Shown here in pieces: positions 47,634 to 58,135 of a stretch of DNA of 64,000 nucleotides (its first letter is position 1; the number at the start of each line of letters is the position of its first letter). The stretch lies in assembly GCA_018675685.1 (NCBI GenBank), contig JABGXP010000010.1, positions 49,427 to 113,426 on the forward strand, given 5' to 3'. A program made the translations under genes and the position numbers. The notes under the pieces were generated by a model. The model did no database searches, was not told where the DNA came from, and saw only the letters and a program-made list of their open reading frames with translations. This DNA is from a bacterium. GTDB taxonomy: Bacteria; Patescibacteriota; Minisyncoccia; Moranbacterales; DUUL01.

Positions 47634-50600
47634 ATGAGCGAAGAAGAAAAACAAAAACAAAATGAAGAAAACTCTGATGATGCTCAAAAGGCTAGTCAGA
47701 CAAATGTGAATGACGACGAAGAAAGAGTTGTGTACGAAGAAGATGAATCGCCGGAAGAAAAAGAGCGCCGTCATCTTGAGGCACGAGACAAGAGGCGAGC
47801 AGAAAGAAAAGCCTTAGAAGAAAAGGAGAAAAGGGATGTAAAGGAAAGAAAGAAGAAGAAAAAGGAAGAAATGAACTTTGCTAGAAAAGGGAAGGTTCAA
47901 AAAACCCTAACACACTTGAAAAAGGGTTCCGAGGAAGAAGAGGCTTCAAAACTGGCAAACACACTTCATATCCCGTATCTTGATCTTAATATTTTTCCGA
48001 TTGACCAGGAAAATGTTAAATTTATAGAAGAGGATATTGCGAAAGAGTTAGGAATAGCAGTTGTTCATAAACTAGAAAGATCAATAAAGTTAGTCACGAC
48101 AAACCCTGAAGAGGGAAAAGTCAGGGATTTCATCGCAGAACTAGAAGATGATGGGATGAAAGTCGAACTTTTTATAGTTTCGCAATCATCCATAGAGAGA
48201 GCCTGGGACGAGTATGGAAAGGAAAACTTAGTAGAAATCCTAGATACATTACGAGCGGGGTTAACAGGTGAAGAGTTAGCAGCTTTCGAAAATGATACGA
48301 AAGGTGTTTTGGATATGGATACAAAAATTCGTGACCTTCCAGTAACAAAAGTCTTGAACATGGTTCTGGCTGGAGCTATTAAGTTAGAATCATCGGATAT
48401 TCATTTCGAGCCACAACAAACAAGTAAGGTCCGTTTGAGATTTCGTATAGACGGTGTATTGCAAACAGTAGCATCTTTCCCTGTTCATATATATCCAACG
48501 GTTGTTGCTAGAGTGAAGGTGCTTGGAAAAATGATGATTAATGTGCGAGATATTGCACAAGACGGTCGTTTTTCTGTTGAAAGAGAGGGTCAAGCCCCAA
48601 TGGATTTGCGTGTTTCGATTCTACCAGGTAATTTTGGTGAAAATATTGTGGTTCGTTTGCTTAGTCAAAACATCGATGACTTGTCTTTAGATAAAATGGG
48701 ATTAGAAGGGCTGAATTACGAATGGCTTATTAATGAATCTGAAAAAAAACAGGGTGCTATTATTAATTCTGGACCAACAGGAAGCGGAAAAACAACAACA
48801 TTATATGCGCTTATTAATCGTTTAAATTCCGTTGACAAGAAAATCATTAGTATCGAAAACCCGATTGAATATCAAGTCCCTGGTGTTAGTCAAACCCAAA
48901 TTGAAGAAAGAAAGGGATACACATTTGAAAGTGGCCTGCGGGCAATTATGCGTCAGGACCCAGACATTATCTTGGTCGGTGAGATTCGGGATGAAGCTAC
49001 TGCAGAGATAGCCATTCATGCCTCATTGACTGGTCATCTTGTGCTTTCAACAACTCATGCAAATAGTGCGACGGGGGTGATTGGACGTTTCGTTGATCTT
49101 GGAATTAAACCAAACTTAATAGCCCCTGCAATCAATGCTTTTGTTGCACAACGTCTTCTGAGACGTCTATGCCCACATTGCAAAGAGGAATACAAACCAG
49201 CAAGTGAGACAATTGATATGATTAAGAAAATGTTGGCGCTTATTTCTCCTAAGGCTGATATTTCCATACCTAAGCATATTGAAAAACTTTGGAGACCAAA
49301 GGGTTGTCATAAATGTCATGGACTTGGGTATAAAGGAAGAGTGGGAATTTTTGAGATCCTTGTTATTTCAGAAGAAATCAAAGATGAAATCGAGAGAATG
49401 TCGCCAGAGGATGAAATTAGGAGTGTGGCATTGGAAAATGGAATGATTACTTTGGAGCAGGACGGAATTTTAAAATCTGTTATTGGTACTACCTCAATCG
49501 AGGAATTGCAAAGAGTCGTTGGAAAGGGTGAATACTTGATTGATTTATATGAAAAAATAGTTGTACAATCTTTGGCACGTGGAATTTTTGTTAAAGATGA
49601 AGTTTTGCAGGCTGTTGATAAAATCAGGGATGATTATGAGGCATTCGAAGAACTGTATCGGAAACTTCCGCCAAAGGAATTAATCAAATACATTCTAATT
49701 GGAGCAATATACACAGGAACTGGAGACATTCATATTGAACCAGGGATGAAGCAATTTAAGATTCGATATCGAATTGACGGTGCTTTGCATGATATCGCAC
49801 TTTTGGCAATGAATGATTATTTGACTGTCTTAAATGAGATTAAGAATTTAATGGGAGTTAAAACCGGAAAGCGAGAAGGAGTGATTGATGGGAGATTTAA
49901 AATTATGTATACCAATAAAGACAAGGAGTCAGGAGAGGAGAGTATTGACGTTCGTGTTTCTATTATACTTGGTGGCTTTGGCGATGTAATCGTGATGAGA
50001 CTTTTAAGTCAAAGCGTCCAAGTTGCTAGCTTGGAAAAGTTAAATATAAATGAGTATAATCTTGAGAAAATAAAGAGAAATGTTGCCCGTCCCAATGGGA
50101 TTATTATGGATACAGGACCGACTGGGAGTGGAAAAACTACTACATTGTACAGTCTTTTGAATTATCTTAAGGACCCTAAATTAAAATTAATCACAATTGA
50201 AGATCCAATTGAATATCAAATGGAAGGAGTTTTGCAAACTCAAGTAAAAGAGGAAGAAGATTATACCTTCACGACAGCGATGAGGGTTATTTTACGACAA
50301 GACCCTGATATTGTAATGGTTGGAGAAATAAGAGACTCAGAGAGCGCCAATGCTGCCTATAGAGTAGCTTTAACAGGGCATTTAATCCTAACCACACTAC
50401 ATGCAAACAGTGCAGCAGGAGCTGTGCAAAGACTTTTGAATATGGGTATATCGATGTCGGATCTATCAACTGGTACGAATTGTTTTATTGCACAACGTTT
50501 AGTCAGAGTACTTTGTCCTCATTGCAAAAAAGAAAAAACAGTTGATTCGGAAGAAAAAAAGATAATTGAAAAAGTTTTAAAGGGTGTTTCTCCGAAAGTG

Positions 50601-50945
50601 ACCCTAGATATTCCTGAAAAAGTTGAAAAAATTTGGGAAGCAGTTGGTTGTGAAGAATGCCATAACATTGGTTTCAAGGGAAGAGTTGCAATTACGGAGG
50701 TCTTGGAGATTGATAGAGTAATGCAAAAATTTCTAACCATGAATCCAATCACAGTTGAAATTAGAGAGAAGGCGATTGAAGAGGGAATGTTGACGATGGG
50801 ACAAGAAGGAATCTTGCGTGTTGTAAGAGGGGAAACAACAATCGAAGAGATTTCCCATGTAATTAAAGAGATAGATTTTGTCAAAGTTGAAAAACAAATT
50901 GAGTTAAAGGAAGAAGAATCCGCAACCGAAGAGGTTGTGGTGTGA
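47634..50945 (+). CDS. Type IV pilus/T2SS assembly ATPase (PilB/GspE) with two tandem ATPase modules
   Basis: Each motif appears twice: DIH.EP, GPTGSGKTTTLY, RQDPDI..VGEIRD, LTGHL, LCPHC and GCxxC. Confidence 0.92.
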   Translation: MSEEEKQKQNEENSDDAQKASQTNVNDDEERVVYEEDESPEEKERRHLEARDKRRAERKALEEKEKRDVKERKKKKKEEMNFARKGKVQKTLTHLKKGSEEEEASKLANTLHIPYLDLNIFPIDQENVKFIEEDIAKELGIAVVHKLERSIKLVTTNPEEGKVRDFIAELEDDGMKVELFIVSQSSIERAWDEYGKENLVEILDTLRAGLTGEELAAFENDTKGVLDMDTKIRDLPVTKVLNMVLAGAIKLESSDIHFEPQQTSKVRLRFRIDGVLQTVASFPVHIYPTVVARVKVLGKMMINVRDIAQDGRFSVEREGQAPMDLRVSILPGNFGENIVVRLLSQNIDDLSLDKMGLEGLNYEWLINESEKKQGAIINSGPTGSGKTTTLYALINRLNSVDKKIISIENPIEYQVPGVSQTQIEERKGYTFESGLRAIMRQDPDIILVGEIRDEATAEIAIHASLTGHLVLSTTHANSATGVIGRFVDLGIKPNLIAPAINAFVAQRLLRRLCPHCKEEYKPASETIDMIKKMLALISPKADISIPKHIEKLWRPKGCHKCHGLGYKGRVGIFEILVISEEIKDEIERMSPEDEIRSVALENGMITLEQDGILKSVIGTTSIEELQRVVGKGEYLIDLYEKIVVQSLARGIFVKDEVLQAVDKIRDDYEAFEELYRKLPPKELIKYILIGAIYTGTGDIHIEPGMKQFKIRYRIDGALHDIALLAMNDYLTVLNEIKNLMGVKTGKREGVIDGRFKIMYTNKDKESGEESIDVRVSIILGGFGDVIVMRLLSQSVQVASLEKLNINEYNLEKIKRNVARPNGIIMDTGPTGSGKTTTLYSLLNYLKDPKLKLITIEDPIEYQMEGVLQTQVKEEEDYTFTTAMRVILRQDPDIVMVGEIRDSESANAAYRVALTGHLILTTLHANSAAGAVQRLLNMGISMSDLSTGTNCFIAQRLVRVLCPHCKKEKTVDSEEKKIIEKVLKGVSPKVTLDIPEKVEKIWEAVGCEECHNIGFKGRVAITEVLEIDRVMQKFLTMNPITVEIREKAIEEGMLTMGQEGILRVVRGETTIEEISHVIKEIDFVKVEKQIELKEEESATEEVVV

Positions 50946-50959
50946 TAAAAAAATACAAT

Positions 50960-51183
50960 AAAAAAACTGCCACTTGGGCAGTTTCAAGGCGCATTTCTAA
51001 GATTAATCTGTAGACAATAAAAGCTTACACGACAAGGTGTAAGGCAGGAATAGAACCGAGGATAGCACAGTCGAAACCACACTAACCTATACTAAGAAAA
51101 ATCCCCTGGGAGTTCAGAGCACCCTTGTCTACAGGTTAACACTAAAAATGTAAAAAAACTCTGACAAAATTCTTAATCCACGT
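50960..51183 (-). ncRNA. Candidate structured ncRNA, 6S-RNA-like architecture
   Basis: Promoter TTGACA-N17-TAGGAT (51190..51218, minus strand), long closing stem 50992..51017 / 51125..51150, UUCG-capped inner hairpin with G-U pairs, terminator 50960..50984. Confidence 0.5.
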
Positions 51184-51317
51184 TAAGACATCCTAGCATA
51201 AAGCAAAAAATTTGTCAAGAGATGTTATTGTTTTTATCTTCGAAGAATATTTTTGTGTTGGAAAATTGAAAAAAATGATAGAATGAAAGGGTATGTAAAG
51301 AAAGTAATTCACAGACA

Positions 51318-52322
51318 ATGATTGAAACAAACAAACAAGATGATATAGATGAGCAATTAGATACTACATTGCGCCCTCAGTCGCTAGATGAATATGTTGG
51401 CCAGGAAATTATCAAGAAAAACCTTCATATTTTGATGGGTGCAGCTAAAAAAAGGAAAGAAGCTCTTGATCATATTTTGTTATTCGGACCCCCCGGACTC
51501 GGTAAGACTACTTTAGCTCACATTATTTCAAGAGAAATGGGCGCCGGAATCAAAACAACATCAGGACCTGCGATCGAAAGAGTTGGTGACCTTGGCTCCA
51601 TTTTGACTAACTTAAACGACGGAGATGTTCTGTTTATAGATGAAATTCACAGATTGAGTAAGGTTGTAGAGGAAGTTCTGTACCCTGCTATGGAGGATGG
51701 GAAGCTGGATATTATAGTTGGCAAAGGTCCGTCTGCAAGGACAATTCAATTGGAACTGCCAAATTTTACACTTATTGGAGCTACCACAAGAATGGGAATG
51801 TTATCGGCACCACTTAGAAACAGGTTCGGGGTGATTAACAAACTCGAGTTTTATTCAGAAGAAGAGATGTGTCAAATTATTGAAAGAAATGGCAAAATTC
51901 TTGGAGTAAAAACAGATCCTCAAGGAAGAGTAAGAATTGCAAAATGTGCCAGAAAAACACCAAGAATTGTGAATAGATTGCTTAAGAGGGTGAGGGATTA
52001 TGCACAAATGAATGATCATTCAATTATCTCCAATAACACAGTTGCTGCTACTTTTGAAATCCTAGATATAGATCATTTGGGACTAGAATCATCAGACAGA
52101 GAAGTTTTAAGTATTATGATTGATAAATTTTCTGGAGGACCAGTTGGTGTTCAAACCATAGCTGCAGCTTTCTCTGAGGATGTTCAAACGATAGAAGAAG
52201 TATATGAACCGTTCTTAATGCAACTTGGGTTCGTTGAAAGAACTCCACGAGGGCGACGTGTAACAGATGCAGCATATAAACATTTAGGAGTGAAAATTCC
52301 TGAAAACAGAGAACAGATCTAA
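51318..52322 (+). CDS. ruvB: Holliday junction branch migration helicase RuvB
   Basis: [41 protein letters not shown]. Confidence 0.98.
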   Translation: MIETNKQDDIDEQLDTTLRPQSLDEYVGQEIIKKNLHILMGAAKKRKEALDHILLFGPPGLGKTTLAHIISREMGAGIKTTSGPAIERVGDLGSILTNLNDGDVLFIDEIHRLSKVVEEVLYPAMEDGKLDIIVGKGPSARTIQLELPNFTLIGATTRMGMLSAPLRNRFGVINKLEFYSEEEMCQIIERNGKILGVKTDPQGRVRIAKCARKTPRIVNRLLKRVRDYAQMNDHSIISNNTVAATFEILDIDHLGLESSDREVLSIMIDKFSGGPVGVQTIAAAFSEDVQTIEEVYEPFLMQLGFVERTPRGRRVTDAAYKHLGVKIPENREQI

Positions 52323-52344
52323 TATGTAACAATTTTTTGATTAA

Positions 52345-52605
52345 ATGATAAACCTACTCTTAATTGCATACTTTATTTTTCTCCTATTCTTTTTTGGTGG
52401 AAGTTTGGCTGTTGTTTATCATCTCAAAGTGAATAAACTAAACGAAAAAGTATCGACGATTACAACACTTTTTTTTATTGTTGGATGTTTACTTGTTCTA
52501 ACTTTTAATATTTCAAATGCGATTCAAGTTGACTGGAAATTACTTTCTTTCGATCTCGGAGAGATTCCAGTGAGCTTAGAGCTAGAAGATTCTTCATATG
52601 AATAA
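52345..52605 (+). CDS. Small 2-TM hypothetical protein
   Basis: Hydrophobic ORF overlapping the next start. Confidence 0.6.
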   Translation: MINLLLIAYFIFLLFFFGGSLAVVYHLKVNKLNEKVSTITTLFFIVGCLLVLTFNISNAIQVDWKLLSFDLGEIPVSLELEDSSYE

Positions 52606-53194
52606 ACCAAAAGGTAACTACCAACACAGATTTCTAGACTATCATTTCAAAGGAAAAAGAGATGGTGAGGAAATCATTTTGATCCTAAGGAGACATTGGT
52701 TGATTTTAGTCGCGAAATTGATACCATTTGGATTTTTTTCAATTGGTCTTATCGCAATTTTTTTTCTCGCACCAATTTTAACAGAATTTCTCCCTATTGT
52801 GATTGATAACAATGTTTTTAATGTAGTAATGAGCTTCTTTTTTATGGGTTTTTGGTTAAGCCTTTTTGTGATGTGGATTGATTTTTATTACGATGTTTGG
52901 ATCGTCACAGATCAGAGGATTATTAGTATTGAACAGTTGGGCTTGTTTCGACGTGAAATAAGCGAACTAGAACATGGGAAAATTCAGGATGTGACAACGG
53001 AAATTCATGGGATAGTCCCAACTTTACTGAAGTTCGGCCAAGTGTATATCCAAACTGCTGGAGAAAAAGCTCGCTTCACTTTTAAGCAAGTGGAGAATCC
53101 TGTTATGATTAGATCAGTGGTCATGGCATTGCAGAAAAATGCGATAAAACAACAAAAAAGAGAAGAGGGTGCGATAATGAGAGGTAAAGTTTAA
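52598..53194 (+). CDS. Bacterial PH-domain membrane protein
   Basis: RRHW, two TM, WIVTDQRII...Q.GLF......L..IQDV......FG.V.IQTAG. Confidence 0.85.
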   Translation: MNKPKGNYQHRFLDYHFKGKRDGEEIILILRRHWLILVAKLIPFGFFSIGLIAIFFLAPILTEFLPIVIDNNVFNVVMSFFFMGFWLSLFVMWIDFYYDVWIVTDQRIISIEQLGLFRREISELEHGKIQDVTTEIHGIVPTLLKFGQVYIQTAGEKARFTFKQVENPVMIRSVVMALQKNAIKQQKREEGAIMRGKV

Positions 53195-53277
53195 GGGGAA
53201 TAAAAATAATCTTAAGGTAATTTTTTAGTATGCTTATAGGAGCTAGTTTTATTAGAAAATAATATCTACATATCAAA

Positions 53278-54069
53278 ATGAAAAAGAAACCTCAAAAAAG
53301 TTTCATGTTGTGGCAAAAAATAGGACTTCTCACATTGGCTACTTTTGTGATTGGCTACATAGCAATTCTAGTTTTTCCTCAAAAAGGAAAGACCATTTCA
53401 AGACTTAGCACAAAAGAACATTCTCTCAAAATAAACCTGGATAAGAGTATGTATAAAACTGAAGAGATAATGGAAGTAAGGATTGTGAATATTTCAGAAC
53501 AACTGGTTTACTTTCAAAAACCATGTGACGATTTGCCCGAAATTTTATTTTATGACAAAGAAAATAGCTGGACAACGGTCAAGAACTACAGCTCCAAGAT
53601 GTGTGATTTGGAGTTTGCGAAACTAGCCCCAAACGAAAAGCTAAAAATCACAGTTCGCCCAGAAGTATATAAACTTTTAGAAGGACAACATACTTATAGA
53701 TTCTCCTTACGGTATACCCAAGAAGAAGTCAAAGAAGAGAAAGATTTATCTCGGAAGGTATTGTCTAAGATGCCAACAGTTTATTCTCAAAAAATAACAA
53801 TCAATAATTTACTAGGAGTTGATCAAAAAAAAGAGTGCAGCACTGATAATGATTGCGAAGTGCGCTTTTCCCAGTGTGATTGTGGCTCCCATTGTGTAAA
53901 AAAGAACAAAGAGTGGAAAGATTGTGCTAAGGTCTGTAGCGATGATATTGTCCAAGGGGAGTTAGTTGAGTGTGGCTGTACAAACGGTCTATGCTCAGAG
54001 AATAAGCCAGAACTAGAACTGAACGAGAAGGAATCTTCAAAAGTGAAAATATTTAATACTACCTCATGA
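53278..54069 (+). CDS. Membrane-anchored protein with Ig-like region and C-terminal Cys-rich module
   Basis: TM; C..D.DC....C.CG..C.......C...C........C.C..G.C. Confidence 0.6.
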   Translation: MKKKPQKSFMLWQKIGLLTLATFVIGYIAILVFPQKGKTISRLSTKEHSLKINLDKSMYKTEEIMEVRIVNISEQLVYFQKPCDDLPEILFYDKENSWTTVKNYSSKMCDLEFAKLAPNEKLKITVRPEVYKLLEGQHTYRFSLRYTQEEVKEEKDLSRKVLSKMPTVYSQKITINNLLGVDQKKECSTDNDCEVRFSQCDCGSHCVKKNKEWKDCAKVCSDDIVQGELVECGCTNGLCSENKPELELNEKESSKVKIFNTTS

Positions 54070-55097
54070 ACGTGAAGAATCATAGAATGGTATATAGTTT
54101 AATCTCAGGGAGTTTAATTCTCTTTTCTTTGGGTTGGTTTTGTCTCTATAATGCTTTCTATGTAAATAATTACAATGGTTTAATATTGCCCATCTTCCTC
54201 TTCCTTTTTGCCTTCGCACTCTTTTACTTTTTAGTCGTTATCGAACATAATCTCAAAGTCCTATATATTGTTTGCTCTCTTGGAATGCTAGGAGCTGTTT
54301 CTTTAGGAAGGGAGTATTTAATAAGTTCCTTCTTAGTTTGGATTTTGACCTCCATCTCATGTATCTTAGCAATCAAAAGAATAAAAACAGAGCAATATAA
54401 TAGAATAAAAATCAGCGTCTATAGAACCTTGAAAAGAGGGATTCCAATCATAGGAACAGTTTTCTGTCTTTTAATTGCAGTCGGTTTTTATTTCTCGATA
54501 GCTAACTTCCAAAACCTTGGAAATATCCCAAGATTCAAAGTCAAGCTCCCCATCGAAACAACCAAACTAGCCTTTGGAGTTATGAATGCATTTATGCCGA
54601 ATGAGGAAATTTCTTGGATTGTGGAAGGTGTGACAGTAGACGAATATTTCCAGAAAATTTTGCGCTCGCAGGACATTTCACTAGAAGGTACAGTTCTGCA
54701 GGAGATTAAAAATGAAGTTGATGAGGATACAAAAAAACAGATGGCAGCTGGAATAGAACGAGAAATATGGGAAAAAGAACGAACAGTGATTGTGAAGAAT
54801 AGAGAAATGTTGCAGGATAAATTAGGAATAGAACTTGAAGGAAATGAACGGATTGACGAAGTGTTGCATGGTTTAATCAATAAAAGATTGAATGATTTCA
54901 TTAATGGAAGGGTAGTTTCATCAGACGTTTTGCCCGTTGGGGGAGCATTTGCATTATTTATAACACTAAGGTCTATTGTGTGGGTTTCCAATATGATTTT
55001 GTTCTGGACAGTTTCGGTAATCTTCTCTATACTTGTTAGACTGGGTAAGATTAAGATTAAGAAAGAGAATCAAGAAGTTGAAGTTATCGAAATCTAA
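54066..55097 (+). CDS. Hypothetical multi-pass membrane protein
   Basis: Several TM segments flanking a soluble loop; overlaps the previous stop. Confidence 0.6.
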   Translation: MNVKNHRMVYSLISGSLILFSLGWFCLYNAFYVNNYNGLILPIFLFLFAFALFYFLVVIEHNLKVLYIVCSLGMLGAVSLGREYLISSFLVWILTSISCILAIKRIKTEQYNRIKISVYRTLKRGIPIIGTVFCLLIAVGFYFSIANFQNLGNIPRFKVKLPIETTKLAFGVMNAFMPNEEISWIVEGVTVDEYFQKILRSQDISLEGTVLQEIKNEVDEDTKKQMAAGIEREIWEKERTVIVKNREMLQDKLGIELEGNERIDEVLHGLINKRLNDFINGRVVSSDVLPVGGAFALFITLRSIVWVSNMILFWTVSVIFSILVRLGKIKIKKENQEVEVIEI

Positions 55098-55138
55098 ATT
55101 TCCTAGTAGAATAATAAAAAATTAGCGATTTATATAAA

Positions 55139-56227
55139 ATGAGTAAGGATCTTTATTCTATTTTGGGCGTCGATAAGAACGCCTCAGACGATGAGATAAA
55201 AAAAGCATATAGAAAACTCGCGCACAAACATCACCCAGACAAAAAGGGTGGAGATGAGGCCAAGTTTAAAGAAATCAATGGAGCTTACCAAACACTTTCC
55301 GATAAGCAAAAGCGTGGACAATACGACCAATTCGGTCAAACATTCGAAGGTGCAAGTAATGGAGCTGGCGGAGGTGCTGCTGGCGGAGGTTTTGATTTTA
55401 ACTTTGGGCAGGCTAGCGGAAATGCTGGCGGAGGTTTTGAGGATTTATTCTCAGATCTATTTTCGCAAACAGGTTTTGGTGGAGCATCTGCTCCAGGGGA
55501 AAAAGTCGGCTCTGATATTGCAGTTGATATAGAAATTACTTTTAAAGAGATGGCGCTTGGTGTTGAAAAAGAAGTGGAATTATATAAGAAAATTCTGTGT
55601 AAGCATTGTGATGGGACTGGTGCAAAAAACAAAAACACAAAAACATGTAATGCTTGTGGTGGTGCTGGAAAAGTCCATAAAACAATGAGATCAATGTTTG
55701 GTGCAATTCAACAAGTTGTAGTTTGTGAAAAATGTCATGGGAAGGGGCAGATTCCAAAAGATAAATGTGATAAATGCGGAGGAGATGGAGTAGTCAGAGA
55801 TTACCAAAAAGTTAATATCAAGATTCCAGCAGGAATTGAAAGCGGGCAAACAATCAGAGCGACTGGTCACGGGGAAATGCCAGCAGGAGGAGGACACGCC
55901 GGAAATCTTTTCATTACAATTCATGTAAAATCAGAACCAGGCTTCGAAAGAAGCAACGATGATATTGTTTCAAGAGCAGAAATTTCTTTTTCACAAGCCT
56001 CTCTTGGTGATAAAATAGATGTTAAAACAATAGAAGGTGTTATGAGGATGAAAGTCAGCGCTGGAACTCAGTCTGGCGATATTTTCAAGATTAAAAATAA
56101 GGGAATTAATCGCGAAGATAGATTTGGAAGAGGAAGTCATTTAGTGAAAATTGCAGTGAAGACCCCAAAGAGTCTGACAAGAGACCAAAGAAGATTAGTG
56201 AAGAAACTGCAAGAAGAAGGATTGTAA
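55139..56227 (+). CDS. dnaJ: Chaperone DnaJ
   Basis: J domain HPD, G/F region, four CxxCxGxG repeats. Confidence 0.97.
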   Translation: MSKDLYSILGVDKNASDDEIKKAYRKLAHKHHPDKKGGDEAKFKEINGAYQTLSDKQKRGQYDQFGQTFEGASNGAGGGAAGGGFDFNFGQASGNAGGGFEDLFSDLFSQTGFGGASAPGEKVGSDIAVDIEITFKEMALGVEKEVELYKKILCKHCDGTGAKNKNTKTCNACGGAGKVHKTMRSMFGAIQQVVVCEKCHGKGQIPKDKCDKCGGDGVVRDYQKVNIKIPAGIESGQTIRATGHGEMPAGGGHAGNLFITIHVKSEPGFERSNDDIVSRAEISFSQASLGDKIDVKTIEGVMRMKVSAGTQSGDIFKIKNKGINREDRFGRGSHLVKIAVKTPKSLTRDQRRLVKKLQEEGL

Positions 56228-56252
56228 TCTTAGAGTATGATTCGAAAACATG

Positions 56253-56289
56253 GAGATGACCTATTTTTTATTGGGTCATCTTTTATTTT
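56253..56289 (+). terminator. Terminator after dnaJ
   Basis: gagatgaccta / tgggtcatctt plus T tract. Confidence 0.7.
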
Positions 56290-56427
56290 AGGGTAGAAAG
56301 ATGAAATATCGTTAATTGCGATGAAGAGATATGGGAAGCAGAAATAATTCACCAAGATTAATTGTCTTGGGTGTACCCATTATATTTAAAGGTGATTTGA
56401 TATCAAAGCTGTTGATTATTTTTTTCC

Positions 56428-56456
56428 TTGCAAAAAACTTCCTGCTCTAATACAAT
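56428..56456 (+). promoter_or_regulatory. Promoter upstream of murA
   Basis: TTGCAA-N17-TACAAT; similar to 60510..60538. Confidence 0.6.
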
Positions 56457-56492
56457 GTATGTAGCACTTAAACGCTTAAATTAAGATAAAAA

Positions 56493-57794
56493 ATGCAAAA
56501 TTTTGAAATAAACGGAGGGAAAAAACTCCACGGAGAGATTGAGGTAAATGGTTCAAAGAATGCAACTGTGGCTATTTTGGCTGCCTCCGTTTTAAATGAA
56601 GGAATAACGACCTTAAGAAATGTTCCACAAATTGAAGAAGTAAATCGTTGGGTTGAAGTCTTGGAGAGTATCGGAATGCAAATTAAACGCAAGGGAAAAA
56701 CTTTGACTTTGAAAGCGCCGAAAACTATTGAGATTAAGAAGATAAACAGGGAAGCTGCAGAAAAAACTCGTAGCGCGATAATGTTAATGAGTTCTTTAGC
56801 TGGAAAATTTAGAAAATATTCCATCCCCCAAGCTGGTGGCTGTAAACTCGGAGCTCGAACTGTGAAGCCCCACCTTTTTGTATTGGAAAATTTTGGGATT
56901 AAAATTAAAGCAAAAGAAGACTGCTTTGAAGTTGACGCTGGAAAATTTAATAAAGCAGGCAAGGTAGTGCTTTACGAATCTGGCGATACCGTAACTGAAT
57001 CGGCCCTTATGGCGGCAGCTCAAATTCCAGAGGAAACAACAATTAAGATGGCAACCTCAAATTACATGGTTCAAGATCTTTGTTTTTTCTTAGAGAAATT
57101 GGGTGTTAAGATCAGTGGTATTGGTGGAACAACCTTAAAAGTAGAGGGTCTGAAAAAGATAAACAAAAATATTGTTTATGAGATTAGTGAAGATCCGATT
57201 GAGGCAATGTTTTTTATCTCTTTGGCTATTACAACAAAAAGCAAACTACTTGTTAAAAGGTGCCCGTTGGAATTTTTAGAGCTTGAATTGTTGAAATTAG
57301 AAAAGATGGGTCAGAAATATGTTGTTAAACAAGAGTATAAAGCTAAAAATGGGCATACTGATTTAGTGGATCTTGAAATCATTCCTTCTAAGCTAATAGC
57401 GTTAGAAGAAAAATTGCATGGACTACCTTTCCCTGGACTTAATATGGACAATCTTCCTTTTTTTGTTCCAATAGCAATGGTGGCTAAGGGAAAAACTTTA
57501 ATTCATGATTGGGTTTATGAGAACAGAGCTGTTTATTTTACTGAACTTAATAGGCTTGGTGCGAATATATCCCTCTTGGATCCGCATCGAGTTTATGTTG
57601 AAGGCCCGACCACTATTAGAAATGCCGAAATGATGTCACCACCAGCGCTCCGTCCAGCAGCAATAATTCTTGTTGCGATGTTAGCAGCAAAAGGAAGGTC
57701 AGTTTTAAGAGATGTGTATTCAATTAATCGTGGGTATGAAAATTTAGAAGAGAGACTGCAAAGCATAGGAGCTGATATCAAGAGTGTAATATAG
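56493..57794 (+). CDS. murA: UDP-N-acetylglucosamine 1-carboxyvinyltransferase
   Basis: GSKNA, GGCKLGAR catalytic Cys loop, PFPG...D, YENR, I.RGYE. Confidence 0.93.
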   Translation: MQNFEINGGKKLHGEIEVNGSKNATVAILAASVLNEGITTLRNVPQIEEVNRWVEVLESIGMQIKRKGKTLTLKAPKTIEIKKINREAAEKTRSAIMLMSSLAGKFRKYSIPQAGGCKLGARTVKPHLFVLENFGIKIKAKEDCFEVDAGKFNKAGKVVLYESGDTVTESALMAAAQIPEETTIKMATSNYMVQDLCFFLEKLGVKISGIGGTTLKVEGLKKINKNIVYEISEDPIEAMFFISLAITTKSKLLVKRCPLEFLELELLKLEKMGQKYVVKQEYKAKNGHTDLVDLEIIPSKLIALEEKLHGLPFPGLNMDNLPFFVPIAMVAKGKTLIHDWVYENRAVYFTELNRLGANISLLDPHRVYVEGPTTIRNAEMMSPPALRPAAIILVAMLAAKGRSVLRDVYSINRGYENLEERLQSIGADIKSVI

Positions 57795-57798
57795 CCAA

Positions 57799-58122
57799 AT
57801 GAAAAAATACTACAAAGCAATTTCTGATTTTCACAAAAAATTTAAGATGAAAAACACAAATAATGAAGAGATGACGTTTCGTTTAAATTTGATGACTGAA
57901 GAATTAGGGGAATTAGCACAGGCCGTGACCAAAGGGAAGGGGAGGGAAGCAATCATAGAGGAAAATATCGATTTGTTGAATTTGGTTATTGGAAATTTTG
58001 TAAGTCTTGGGATCTCAGTCAAGGAAGTGGATGAAGCATTTTGGAAAAAGCATGGAGAAATTATGGGCAGGAAAAAGAGGTTAATAAGCGGAGAAAATTT
58101 TAGAATTTCAGATTTTAAATAA
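57799..58122 (+). CDS. MazG-like nucleotide pyrophosphohydrolase
   Basis: EELGELAQA....EE..D motif. Confidence 0.75.
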   Translation: MKKYYKAISDFHKKFKMKNTNNEEMTFRLNLMTEELGELAQAVTKGKGREAIIEENIDLLNLVIGNFVSLGISVKEVDEAFWKKHGEIMGRKKRLISGENFRISDFK

Positions 58123-58135
58123 CACAAGAAAGTAA

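Noticed and set aside
51060-51100. tmRNA-like GGTTTCGAC on the minus strand
   Set aside because: No acceptor stem, T-arm/CCA end or tag reading frame; the motif is just the UUCG hairpin
56300-56385. Mini-ORFs (MKYR, MKRYGKQK) and a small hairpin between dnaJ and murA
   Set aside because: No promoter or SD support; expected by chance
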